Positions 1 to 8,230 of a stretch of DNA of 64,000 nucleotides are shown one piece after another. The notes beneath the pieces are model-generated. The model ran no database searches. It was not told the DNA's origin and worked only from the letters and a program-made list of their open reading frames with translations. Both the position numbers and the translations under genes were made by a program. The DNA comes from Pseudomonadota bacterium. Its GTDB lineage: Bacteria; UBA10199; 2-02-FULL-44-16; DYJF01. Numbering within the stretch: position 1 is the first letter of the stretch; the number at the start of each line of letters is the position of its first letter. The stretch is from positions 31,790-95,789 of the forward strand of contig JBDRBB010000023.1 of the NCBI GenBank assembly GCA_043823065.1. The letters run 5' to 3'.

Positions 1-1
1 A

Positions 2-673
2 CTTGACAATGAATATGCAAGGTTAAGCTCACAAATAGAGCAACCTCCGCCGACTGAAATCGAAGAACTTGAGAAGAAGTTGCAGTACATTCAAAGCAAC
101 ATAGATAATGTCTCAAAAAGTGATTTGTTATTTCAATTTGAAAAACCATTTAAACTACCGAAAAGCAGATATTCTAGGAAGTACAAAATCGAAATCAAAC
201 AAGAAAGTATATGGGGTCAACTTCGAGAGGAAGCATTTAAGAGATATGGTAGGTTGTGCAGGATATGTTTAAGCAAAGAAAATCTTCAAGTACATCACGT
301 TATTGAACTGTCAATTGGAGGCACCAACGACATTTCCAACTTAGAGGTGCTATGCGAAGAATGTCACGAGCGAGAACACGGGAGAAGGTTTACATATGAT
401 GATAATGACTCAGACGAATATGGTGAAAACCCAACGATTCGCAGTCGTAAAACCGCCGAAATAAACGAAGCCATTAAGAATGGAAAACAGATAAATATTA
501 AATATGTTAATGGAGAAGGTGAAGAGAGCGAACGAATAGTATCACCGGAGGAAATCTTTACACATAGAGGCCGAATATATTTTAGAGGGTACTGTCATTT
601 AAGAAATGAACGACGAACGTTTAGGGTTTCGCGAATTAAGAGCATATCAGCTATACGTTGCGTAAGCTCGTAA
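2..673 (+). CDS. HNH endonuclease-WYL domain fusion protein (5' end truncated by window edge)
   Basis: Frame is open from position 2. McrA-type HNH motif CRIC...VHHVIELSIGGTNDISNLEVLCEECH, followed by a WYL domain (INIKYVNGEGEESERIVSP...YFRGYCHLRNERRTFRVSRI). Confidence 0.85.
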   Translation, partial: LDNEYARLSSQIEQPPPTEIEELEKKLQYIQSNIDNVSKSDLLFQFEKPFKLPKSRYSRKYKIEIKQESIWGQLREEAFKRYGRLCRICLSKENLQVHHVIELSIGGTNDISNLEVLCEECHEREHGRRFTYDDNDSDEYGENPTIRSRKTAEINEAIKNGKQINIKYVNGEGEESERIVSPEEIFTHRGRIYFRGYCHLRNERRTFRVSRIKSISAIRCVSS

Positions 674-711
674 GCTCCCCCTTAAGGCCCACGGCGAAGC
701 GGCGCAGAATC

Positions 712-788
712 ATCAGACGGAGCAAAGTTGCAGCGAAATGAAACACTCATGCTACACCTCTGCTGTATTGGTTATTGCTCCGTCTGAT
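712..788. repeat. 14-bp inverted repeat pair ATCAGACGGAGCAA / TTGCTCCGTCTGAT (REP-like)
   Basis: Perfect inverted copies at 712-725 and 775-788. The same 14-mer recurs at 31733-31746. Confidence 0.7.
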
Positions 789-817
789 TGTTTTATTTAA
801 AAATAAAATGAGTTCGG

Positions 818-904
818 CGGAGAGGGGGAGATTCGAACTCCCGGACCTCGTGAAAGGTCAACAGTTTTCAAGACTGCCGCAATCGGCCGCTCTGCCACCT
901 CTCC
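818..904 (-). tRNA. tRNA-Ser(UGA)
   Basis: Minus strand: GGAGAGG acceptor, D-arm, anticodon arm GCAGT-cTTGAAa-ACTGT, long variable arm, T-arm GGGAGTTCGAATCTCCC, discriminator G. CCA is not encoded (followed by CCG). Confidence 0.95.
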
Positions 905-935
905 GCCGAACCCACATTGTTAAAGAATAAAATAG

Positions 936-1181
936 CTACAGATTTAAATTATCAATAAACTGCCTGCCTACTCCACTTTTTAGAAAATTTTCTCTCTTTC
1001 TAGCTTCAGTATAAGTATTGTATTTTTCTTCAAGTATAATTTTCCATGGTCTGCCAAACTTTGTAGATCTTACTTTGCCATCATTATGTGATATTAGTCT
1101 AATTTCAGCAGTATTTTCTCTACTTGAACCTATGTAGCGTTTTTTAGTTTTTTTGCTATAAAGTATATAAACAACAGCCAC
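936..1181 (-). CDS. small GIY-YIG nuclease family protein
   Basis: VYILYS...RYIGSS...RL..HN.G...STK..RPWKI...E.Y.T..EARKRE..LKSG.GR pattern; 81 aa. Confidence 0.9.
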   Translation of the reverse strand: MAVVYILYSKKTKKRYIGSSRENTAEIRLISHNDGKVRSTKFGRPWKIILEEKYNTYTEARKRENFLKSGVGRQFIDNLNL

Positions 1182-1201
1182 GTTAACACCTGTAAAGTTT
1201 T

Positions 1202-1231
1202 TCCGCCAGAGGCGGACCAGCCTTTGGCTGG
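1202..1231. repeat. double-hairpin palindromic element TCCGCCAGAGGCGGA-CCAGCCTTTGGCTGG
   Basis: Two adjacent perfect GC-rich hairpins with 3-nt loops, sitting at the anticodon position of the tRNA fragment. Confidence 0.75.
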
Positions 1232-1268
1232 CAAGGCTGCCGCAATCGGCCGCTTAAGCCACCTCTCC
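1232..1268 (-). pseudogene. duplicated 5' half of tRNA-Ser
   Basis: GGAGAGGTGGCTTAAGCGGCCGATTGCGGCAGCCTTG matches the 5' half of the intact tRNA (GGAGAGGTGGCAGAGCGGCCGATTGCGGCAGTCTTG) with few changes. Confidence 0.85.
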
Positions 1269-1285
1269 GTTATTTTCAAAAAATA

Positions 1286-1642
1286 TCAATCCGTATTCGG
1301 TTCATTCGGAATCAATGGTTCCAGTAATTTTATTAGCTCCGGAATGCGCTTTGAAACCAATATCCACATTCGCTCTTGTTTTATTTCACCGTATTCGTGT
1401 GCAAGTATATGACGTTGGCCGATGATTCCTTTCCAAGGGATTTCTGAATGAGTTTTTTGAAAATCTTTCGAAACTCGCCGGGCCGCTTCACCGATAATTT
1501 CAACAGCACGTTCAACTGCAAGCTGCATTTTTCGGTCATTCTCGTATTGATGGTAATTAATGTTTTTTGTAAAATCGCAGACGGTTTTGGCAGCATCCAA
1601 CATATCCCAAAGATAAGCTACATCTTTTTCTTCAGGCTGCAT
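1286..1642 (-). CDS. HEPN (DUF86/HepT-like) RNase toxin
   Basis: AVERAVEIIGEAA and RHILAHEY (R-X4-H-X-Y) motifs; overlaps the upstream MNT gene. Confidence 0.9.
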   Translation of the reverse strand: MQPEEKDVAYLWDMLDAAKTVCDFTKNINYHQYENDRKMQLAVERAVEIIGEAARRVSKDFQKTHSEIPWKGIIGQRHILAHEYGEIKQERMWILVSKRIPELIKLLEPLIPNEPNTD

Positions 1643-1934
1643 AGAGCACCTCTCGATTATTCATTATTGTTTTGCGACGGAAAGGATTCCTAATCGTTCC
1701 AACCTCAACCAAGTCAATTTCGCGGTTAAATATATCTTTTAATTCTTCCTGTAAGGTTACAAGGTCAAAAAGGTCCCATTTGGCATTTTCCTCAAATACA
1801 ACCAATACGTCTATGTCGCTGGTTGGACTAAAGTCTGGGCGCAATACTGAACCAAACAATGAAAATTCAGTTATTTTCCATTTATCACAAATGGCTTTTA
1901 TCTGTTCTTTTTTAATATCTACATTGGATAACAT
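1632..1934 (-). CDS. minimal nucleotidyltransferase (MntA-like) antitoxin
   Basis: LFGSVLRPDFSPTSDIDVLV (GS-X10-DXD); 100 aa; upstream of HEPN. Confidence 0.9.
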   Translation of the reverse strand: MLSNVDIKKEQIKAICDKWKITEFSLFGSVLRPDFSPTSDIDVLVVFEENAKWDLFDLVTLQEELKDIFNREIDLVEVGTIRNPFRRKTIMNNREVLYAA

Positions 1935-2020
1935 AAAATATCCTCCCTTTCAGCCGATCACGCACTTCTCCGATTATTTTGCTTCCCTAGCAGAATATGT
2001 ACAGATGCTCAAGGGATAAT

Positions 2021-2059
2021 AAAAATAGCCTCATCATTATTTATTGATGAGGCTATTTT
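2021..2059 (-). terminator. intrinsic terminator after tmRNA
   Basis: AAAATAGCCTCATCA...TGATGAGGCTATTTT hairpin directly after the tmRNA CCA end. Confidence 0.8.
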
Positions 2060-2075
2060 GGTGGAGGTGCCGGGA

Positions 2076-2719
2076 CATGAAAATCCTTAAGTTTCCTTAA
2101 GGCATGGACTATCTCTTCATCCCTTAAAATTAAGGGAGCCTAGCGTATTATAGGAGACACAAATTTATCGTTTATTTAATCTTCTAATTTCAGCAACTAG
2201 TTTCATTTTTTTTGCCATCATTTCTTTGGTATATTTGCCATTTCTTGGTGTTACTTTTTTGTAACAATCAATTAACAGCTTAGCATGTGGCTTCTTTATA
2301 ATTAGAAGATCTTTTATTTCTGCAAGAAATTTAAGAGCTTTGTCATCACGTATTTCATAAACAAAAGCTTGATTATGATGTGCTTTCCTTTTTGTTCTCT
2401 TGGTAATTGTGCCGGTACATAATTTAACTTTTAACCATTTTAGAAGTTCAAGACTGTTATTAGCAATTGATATTACAGGTGTTGGTGTTTCATTTTTATG
2501 CTTTCTAGTTAATGTAACTGTTCCTTCACCATCAATTATGCCAGCAATGTATGCTTTTTCTTGCAGTTTCAACGATATCACCTCCTATCCTATTAAAGAG
2601 TCTCTGCAGGGCTTTAACACCCCTCAGGATTGCCTTATCTGGTTTTTGCCAGACTTAGGTTTCCCTGATGTAAGCTAGGTTTTTTCATAGAAGTTACCCT
2701 CTACGGCGACTTTTTGCAA
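2076..2719 (-). mobile_element. group I self-splicing intron in the tmRNA T-loop
   Basis: Exon ends GCGAU and pairs with IGS GUCGC (U-G wobble). P3 CCTAGC/GCTAGG, P/Q CAGGGAA/AATCCTGAG, R/S CAGAGACT/AAGAGATAGTCC, P9 CCTTAAG-GAAA-CTTAAGG, terminal omega-G. Removal restores T-arm CCGGG-TGCGATT-CCCGG. Confidence 0.92.
2165..2581 (-). CDS. intron-encoded single-motif LAGLIDADG homing endonuclease (start probably TTG at 2572 after AGGAGGTG)
   Basis: AYIAGIIDGEGTV motif; basic protein of about 135 aa entirely inside the intron. Confidence 0.9.
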   Translation of the reverse strand: MISLKLQEKAYIAGIIDGEGTVTLTRKHKNETPTPVISIANNSLELLKWLKVKLCTGTITKRTKRKAHHNQAFVYEIRDDKALKFLAEIKDLLIIKKPHAKLLIDCYKKVTPRNGKYTKEMMAKKMKLVAEIRRLNKR

Positions 2720-3071
2720 ATCGCACCCGGGTCCGAAAATTGCTTACTAAGGCTTCTACATGTTTATTCCGCAATTTAGGTTTCACTTTTCAAATCTCCC
2801 ACGGACAGGATTTTTGAAAAGCTATCCTTGCTGTTTCTTAATCCTCTGCGCCAAGGCTAACTTAGAGGATCAAAGCCCGCTGAATGATGTCTTCCAGCCT
2901 AGCAGACATCAGCTGGTTAACAGGTTGCTTATTTAAGCAGCCATTGCCATAGGTTCGGCAATTAAGGTTTTTGCCAACAGTTTTACTACTTGCTGACAGG
3001 TAGGCATGCCACCTTAGCTTGTCTAATTTCCGTCGAAACCTATTTCACCCCCAAGTGATTATAGAGTTTTT

Positions 3072-3521
3072 TCAACGATCGCGATGTCTCAACGCTCGGC
3101 CAACTTGGCGCTTTGACTCGCGCTTTTTTATGGTTTCCCGTTTGTCAAAGAGCTTCTTACCCTTGCCCAAGCCTAATTCCACTTTGGCGAACCCATCCTT
3201 AAAATATAATTTCAAAGGAATCAAGGTATATCCTTTTTCTATAAGTTTGCCCGTGAGTTTATGAATTTGCTTTTTATGCAACAAAAGCTTTCTGGTGCGC
3301 CTGGGATCATGGTTCATATAGGAGGCTTGTTGGCACTGGGCAATGTGCGAATTAAGCAAAAACATTTCGCCCCCTTTAACCATTGCATAAGAATCAGCCA
3401 AAGAAGCATGTCCATCGCGCATGCTTTTAACTTCGCTGCCTAAAAGCACCAGACCTGCTTCGATTTTTTCTTCAATGTGATATTGAAAATGGGCTTTTTT
3501 ATTTTGAGCTATAATCTTCAT
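3072..3521 (-). CDS. smpB: SsrA-binding protein
   Basis: IAQNKKAHFQY..EAGLVLLGSEVKSMR..RTRKLLLHK..KGKKLFDKRE. Confidence 0.98.
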   Translation of the reverse strand: MKIIAQNKKAHFQYHIEEKIEAGLVLLGSEVKSMRDGHASLADSYAMVKGGEMFLLNSHIAQCQQASYMNHDPRRTRKLLLHKKQIHKLTGKLIEKGYTLIPLKLYFKDGFAKVELGLGKGKKLFDKRETIKKRESKRQVGRALRHRDR

Positions 3522-4134
3522 TAGAAACTACACCTGCGCTAACTATTAATTTAAATGCTTTGTCTGTGCTCATGTTTAAACGTGTTACATCTTTTTCCGG
3601 CAACATAATATAAAAGCCAGAAGTGGGGTTGGGAGAGGTGGGCAAAAACAGCGTAACCCAATTTTCATTAACTTCGCCTTTTAAGGTCTTGGAGCGGCCG
3701 GTGACAAAAGCCAGCATGTGACAACCAGAGCGTGGCCATTCCACCAGAGCAACACTTTTAAATCTCTGGTCGGTTTCGCTAAATACGCCAGTTAGAAAAT
3801 CTTTGGTCACAGAATATACTGAGCGACCAATGGGAATTTTAGAAAAAATATAATCGCCTAGTTTCACCATTTTGTTGCCAATATAGAGCCTGGTAAAAAT
3901 ACCCACCAACAATACAACCAAAATAGTGACTACAATTCCCAAGCCAGGAATCTCTATGTTGTGAATAAGTTGAGGTTGAAAGCGCTGTGGAATAAAAGAC
4001 AGGATGAATGAATCCATCCAAATGGCAAAAACTTTAAGAAACCAGATGGTGGCAAAAATTGGCAACAATACTAACATGCCAGCAATTAGATTTTTCTTTA
4101 TGGCCTGCCTGATTTTTTTCCAAATTTCGCTCAT
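3499..4134 (-). CDS. DUF502 family membrane protein
   Basis: Two TM segments; IPIGRSVY, VALVEWPR and LFLPTSPNPTSGF motifs. Confidence 0.9.
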   Translation of the reverse strand: MSEIWKKIRQAIKKNLIAGMLVLLPIFATIWFLKVFAIWMDSFILSFIPQRFQPQLIHNIEIPGLGIVVTILVVLLVGIFTRLYIGNKMVKLGDYIFSKIPIGRSVYSVTKDFLTGVFSETDQRFKSVALVEWPRSGCHMLAFVTGRSKTLKGEVNENWVTLFLPTSPNPTSGFYIMLPEKDVTRLNMSTDKAFKLIVSAGVVSNEDYSSK

Positions 4135-5411
4135 ATAGCTTTCAAGATATTGCCGCCAACCACTACGTGTTTAATGTGATGGGGTTCGGTTTGCTTAACC
4201 AATTTTTCATAACATTCTTCTGGGGTAGAAAAAATTGGGGAGTGAACAATAATGTAATCTGCTTTTTTACCTTTTTCCAAAGTGCCAATTAAATGTTCCA
4301 GGGCCAAGCAGCGGGCTGAGCCAATGGTGGCCATTTGTAAAACTTCTTTAGGTGTAGGTAAAGGATTAGAGCCTTCTTGCAGGGCGTTTCTCATTTCCTG
4401 CCACAGATTAAAACCCTGTCTGGAACTCCATTGGTCTGTACCCAAGCCAATGGGGATGCCCATTTCCCGCAATTTACCAAAAGGAAACACCCCATGTTTC
4501 ATGGTTTTGTTGGTTGAAGGACAATAAATGATCTTGGCTAGACAGCGCATTAAAATATTGAAATCCTGAGCTGATAAATGCAGGCCGCCAACAATGGCTA
4601 CTGAAGTATCCAAAAAATCAATTTCTGATAAATATTGCACTGGAGTCTTATGTTGTGCCGGAGGCATTTCCTGCCAGCCCATGCTGGGAAATAGCTCGGT
4701 GGCAATACTACCTTGAGAATCAAAAAAGAATTCCATTTCGGCAAATGATTCAGCAGCATGAATTTGCAATTGAATTCCTGTGTCTTTGGCATGCTTGCTG
4801 ATAATTTTTAGCAGATTTCTGGATAAAAGGTAGGGGGCATAGGGAGCCAGACCAACTCTAATGCGGTCATGGGTGGCATCTGTGTATTTTTCCACCAAAG
4901 CCAGGGCAACTTCAAAAAGAGCTTGAGCAGCTTCGCTGCGGCCGGAAAAAATTTCTGGATAAACTACAGCGCGCAAGCCAGCTTCGCGCAAGAGTTTGAA
5001 GGTGCCTTCAAAAGTGGTCATGTCTCCCACACAAGTGGTGCCAGTTTCGATTAAACGATCAATACCTTTTTGTATGCCTGGAATAACCTTGCCAGCTTCA
5101 GTCTCTTGCTTAAATTCAATGGTGGTAATGATGTGGTCAATGAAATCTCTGGGGCCAAAAGCAAAATCGCCCTGATTTAACTGGTTTTCATAATAGGTTA
5201 CAAGATCCAGGTGACAGTGGGCATTGACCAGGCCAGGCATTAAAATGCTATTTTCATGATTAATCACCTGAGCATCTGGAAAATGTTTGGTTAATTCTTC
5301 CAGAGAGCCAAAATCATGAATTTTGCCAAGTTCCACGGCAATGGCCCCGTTTTTGACCAAAGGCACGTCATTGGTCATGGGTAAGGCATAATTTGCAGTT
5401 ATAATCTCCAT
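4131..5411 (-). CDS. metal-dependent amidohydrolase (MtaD/futalosine-deaminase-like)
   Basis: LMPGLVNAHCHLD, IHAAES, GLGTD, GTLEKGKKAD. Confidence 0.85.
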   Translation of the reverse strand: MEIITANYALPMTNDVPLVKNGAIAVELGKIHDFGSLEELTKHFPDAQVINHENSILMPGLVNAHCHLDLVTYYENQLNQGDFAFGPRDFIDHIITTIEFKQETEAGKVIPGIQKGIDRLIETGTTCVGDMTTFEGTFKLLREAGLRAVVYPEIFSGRSEAAQALFEVALALVEKYTDATHDRIRVGLAPYAPYLLSRNLLKIISKHAKDTGIQLQIHAAESFAEMEFFFDSQGSIATELFPSMGWQEMPPAQHKTPVQYLSEIDFLDTSVAIVGGLHLSAQDFNILMRCLAKIIYCPSTNKTMKHGVFPFGKLREMGIPIGLGTDQWSSRQGFNLWQEMRNALQEGSNPLPTPKEVLQMATIGSARCLALEHLIGTLEKGKKADYIIVHSPIFSTPEECYEKLVKQTEPHHIKHVVVGGNILKAI

Positions 5412-5453
5412 AATTTTCGTAATTTACAGAAAAAAACTGAGAAAAGCAAGACT

Positions 5454-6086
5454 CTAACGGGCAATTAGATGCACAGTGCCGCCACGATGATTTAAGATTT
5501 CTCGCTTCAGATTGTCATAGTCAACAGGGTTTTCTGGATAGTTAACGCTAGAAGTATCCACTACCAAAAGCGGAGTTTCATTATAATTTAGATATAAAGA
5601 GTCATAAGCATCAGTTAAGCTATTTAAATAATTATCGTTAATAGAGCGTTCATAATCATAGCCGCGTTTTTTAATTCTTTGCATCAATATTTTAGAATCT
5701 GCCCGAAGGTAGATGGTTATATCTGGTTTAGGCAGGTTAGATTTAAGCAGGTTAAAAATGGTGAGATAGAGTTGTTTTTCATCTGGAGATAAATTGATTT
5801 GGGCAAAAATAGCATCTTTGGCAAAGGCATAATCGCAGATTATCGGCGAAGATTGGCTCAGCTGTTTTAACTCCAATTGCTGCTGATAGCGGTTAAGTAA
5901 GAAGAAAAGCTGGGTTTTAAATGCGTTTCTTTTGCGATCTTTATAGAAGTCTGCCAGAAAAGGATTTTTTTCCGCAGGCTCTAAAAGCACATGGCCGCGA
6001 AAATCTTCAGCTAACATTCTAGCTAAAGTGGTTTTGCCCGCACCAATTGGGCCATCAATGGCTATAAAGTTTAACGATGTTTGCAT
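5454..6086 (-). CDS. deoxynucleoside kinase
   Basis: IAIDGPIGAGKTTL; NPFLADFY..AFKTQLFFLLNRY; PKPDITIYL; RIKKRG. Confidence 0.9.
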   Translation of the reverse strand: MQTSLNFIAIDGPIGAGKTTLARMLAEDFRGHVLLEPAEKNPFLADFYKDRKRNAFKTQLFFLLNRYQQQLELKQLSQSSPIICDYAFAKDAIFAQINLSPDEKQLYLTIFNLLKSNLPKPDITIYLRADSKILMQRIKKRGYDYERSINDNYLNSLTDAYDSLYLNYNETPLLVVDTSSVNYPENPVDYDNLKREILNHRGGTVHLIAR

Positions 6087-6091
6087 ATATA

Positions 6092-6232
6092 AATCCTTTC
6101 CTGATATTTGGAAAGCTCTCGGCCGACTTTTCTCACCTCCTTCAGGCTATTACGAAACTATTAGTTGCTTAGGTGATGCCAGTCCGGTTCAAAAAGCCGC
6201 CCTACGCCTTCCAAATATCACAATAGGGACTT
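6092..6232 (-). ncRNA. candidate structured ncRNA (long interrupted hairpin, possibly 6S-like)
   Basis: Nested helices TGATATTTGGAAGGC/GCTTTCCAAATATCA, GGCGGCTTTT/AAAAGTCGGCC and TCACCT/AGGTGA. G-U pairs favour the minus strand. Fills the rsmA-dNK intergenic gap. Confidence 0.5.
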
Positions 6233-6242
6233 ATGGCAAGGC

Positions 6243-7085
6243 TTAAAAGTTCAGGGAATTTGCCAGCCCAATATATTCTTCAATAGTGATTTGTTCGGGG
6301 CGGAGGGATTCTTTTATGTTATTTTGTTTTAATAATTCAGAAACTTGGCTGGAATTACACTTTAGTTTTGGTGAGCCGGTTAAAGCATTTTTAATGGTTT
6401 TACGGCGCTGGCCAAAGGCAGCTTTAACCAGATTCTCAAAACTTGCCATGCTCTTAATTTCCAGGTTTGGGGCATTTTCAAAATCAATCTTTATTACTGA
6501 AGAAGTCACCTTGGGTGGCGGGATAAAAGAGTTAGGTGATACATCAAATAATTTCTCACATTTGGCGTGTACTTGCAACATTATGGAAAGAATTCCATAA
6601 TCTTTGCAATTAGGTTTGGCGACAATTCGATTTGCTACTTCTTTTTGAATAGTTAAAATTGACTGTTGAATTAGATTTTTATTTTCAATTAACTTAAAAA
6701 TTATGGGCGTGGAAATATTATAGGGGATATTGCCTACAACTTTTAATGGCGTCCTGGCTTGAGCTAAATTTTGTTGAAGATCTAGTTTTAAAAAATCATC
6801 TACAATAAGCTGAATATTTTTTAAGTTGCCAAACTCTTCTTGAATAATTTGGGCTGCTGCTCGGTCTTTTTCCACAGCATAAACCAGATGAGCTTGATCT
6901 GCCAGCAGGGCAGTCATCACGCCTAAGCCTGATCCGATTTCCAGCACATCATCATCTTTAGAAATTTCAGCCAGCCGCACAATTTTTTCCAGCGTGGGAA
7001 CAGCCTTTAAAAAATTCTGCCCCATATATTTCTTAGGTCTAATTTGATACTTCTTCAGTAAAGATTCAATAGATGGTATATGCAT
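6243..7085 (-). CDS. rsmA: 16S rRNA m6,2A1518/1519 dimethyltransferase
   Basis: PKKYMGQNFL, VLEIGSGLG, VVGNIPYNIS, QKEVA, FGQRRKT. The ORF-track ATG at 7103 lies in a repeat, so 7085 is preferred. Confidence 0.95.
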   Translation of the reverse strand: MHIPSIESLLKKYQIRPKKYMGQNFLKAVPTLEKIVRLAEISKDDDVLEIGSGLGVMTALLADQAHLVYAVEKDRAAAQIIQEEFGNLKNIQLIVDDFLKLDLQQNLAQARTPLKVVGNIPYNISTPIIFKLIENKNLIQQSILTIQKEVANRIVAKPNCKDYGILSIMLQVHAKCEKLFDVSPNSFIPPPKVTSSVIKIDFENAPNLEIKSMASFENLVKAAFGQRRKTIKNALTGSPKLKCNSSQVSELLKQNNIKESLRPEQITIEEYIGLANSLNF

Positions 7086-7097
7086 TATGGTATAGGT

Positions 7098-7186
7098 TGT
7101 CATCGCGAACGACCGAATGGAGTGTGGCGATCCCGGAAAGAGGATTCACGTGGGATTGCTTCGTCTCTTCGCTCCTCGCAATGACA
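7098..7186. repeat. palindromic REP/RPE-like element (TGTCATCGCGA...GATTGCTTCG...CTCGCAATGACA)
   Basis: Terminal inverted repeats TGTCAT/ATGACA and internal GCGATCCC/GGGATTGC hairpin; homologous copy at 16854-16936. Confidence 0.85.
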
Positions 7187-7189
7187 CCA

Positions 7190-8227
7190 TTAAACTCCGA
7201 TTTCCTGATTTGCTATCGCATTCAAACTTAAATCTGATTGTTTGCCCATTTGCAAATATCTGGCGCCTACGTAGGCGATCATGGCAGCATTATCTGTGCA
7301 ATGTTTTATTTCTGGAAGTAAACAGGTTAGGTTATTTTGCTCACACGCTTGAGCCATAGTTTTTCTCAGCTCGCTGTTGGCAGCAACCCCGCCAGCCAGC
7401 ACAATAGCCTTGGCCTTGGTTTGGTGGGCTGCTTCTAAGGCTCGCTTAACTAAAAAATTTACAACCGTATTTTGAAAACTAGCTGCTAAATCTGCTACAA
7501 ATTTTTCAGCAACTTCATTTTTCTGAACAGCTTGCCTAAAAGCCAAAAGCGCTGCTGTTTTTATTCCGCTAAAACTAAAATCCAGGGTGCTGGTTTCGCG
7601 CTTAGCTGCATAGCCGCCAAATTGAGGCAGGGTGAAACGAAAAGCCTTGGGGTTTCCTTTAGGAGCAAGCTTGTCTATAATTGGTCCACCTGGATAGCCC
7701 AAACCTAATAGCTTGGCTACTTTATCATAGGCTTCGCCAGCAGCATCGTCTCTGGTAGCGCCCAAAAGTTTATATTCACCAAAATTTTCTACATCATATA
7801 AACTGGTATGTCCGCCAGAAACTACTAAACCAATATGCGGATAAGGAACATCTGGCGCTTGCAAGTTGATGGCGTTTAAATGACCTTCTAAATGATTAAC
7901 GCCAATTAGGGGTTTGTTCAAGGCTAGGGCCAAACCCTTAGCTACTTGAATGCCTATGAGCAGAGAGCCCATTAACCCAGGCGCATTGGTAACAGCTAAG
8001 CCGTCAATATCTGTCAATTGCAGGTTAGCGTCTTTTAGAGTGCGACGAATGATGGGTATAATTTTTTCCAAATGCTGGCGTGAAGCAAGTTCAGGCACCA
8101 CTCCACCATAAGGGGCATGCACTTTATCTTGAGATGCTACATGTTGAGATAGAATTTTATTTTGCTGCTGATCAAAAATAGCAGCAGCAGTTTCATCGCA
8201 GGATGATTCAAGACCAAGAATTAACAT
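7190..8227 (-). CDS. tsaD: tRNA t6A37 threonylcarbamoyltransferase
   Basis: LGLESSCDETAAA, GGVVPELASRQH, NHLEGH, VSGGHT, DDAAGEAYDK, CTDNAAMI. Confidence 0.98.
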   Translation of the reverse strand: MLILGLESSCDETAAAIFDQQQNKILSQHVASQDKVHAPYGGVVPELASRQHLEKIIPIIRRTLKDANLQLTDIDGLAVTNAPGLMGSLLIGIQVAKGLALALNKPLIGVNHLEGHLNAINLQAPDVPYPHIGLVVSGGHTSLYDVENFGEYKLLGATRDDAAGEAYDKVAKLLGLGYPGGPIIDKLAPKGNPKAFRFTLPQFGGYAAKRETSTLDFSFSGIKTAALLAFRQAVQKNEVAEKFVADLAASFQNTVVNFLVKRALEAAHQTKAKAIVLAGGVAANSELRKTMAQACEQNNLTCLLPEIKHCTDNAAMIAYVGARYLQMGKQSDLSLNAIANQEIGV

Positions 8228-8230
8228 GAA

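Larger units (their letters stand above)
2059..3052 (-). ncRNA. ssrA: tmRNA, split into exon 1 (3052-2720) and exon 2 (2075-2059) by a group I intron; tag peptide AEPMAMAA* at 2959-2933
   Basis: 5' GGGGGTGAAATAGGTTTCGAC and 3' TCCCGGCACCTCCACCA form an acceptor stem with G3-U70. Tag frame GCC GAA CCT ATG GCA ATG GCT GCT TAA. Spliced length 350 nt; adjacent to smpB. Confidence 0.95.

Noticed and set aside
818..1268. GIY-YIG region as a group I intron in the tRNA-Ser anticodon
   Set aside because: No P3/P7 core motifs found, and a complete uninterrupted tRNA follows rather than a lone 3' half.
1286..1934. MNT-HEPN pair as novel
   Set aside because: Matches the well-known type VII MntA/HepT toxin-antitoxin arrangement.
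6092..6232. SRP (4.5S) RNA
   Set aside because: No conserved CAGG-N-GGAA-N-AGCAG domain IV motif on either strand.
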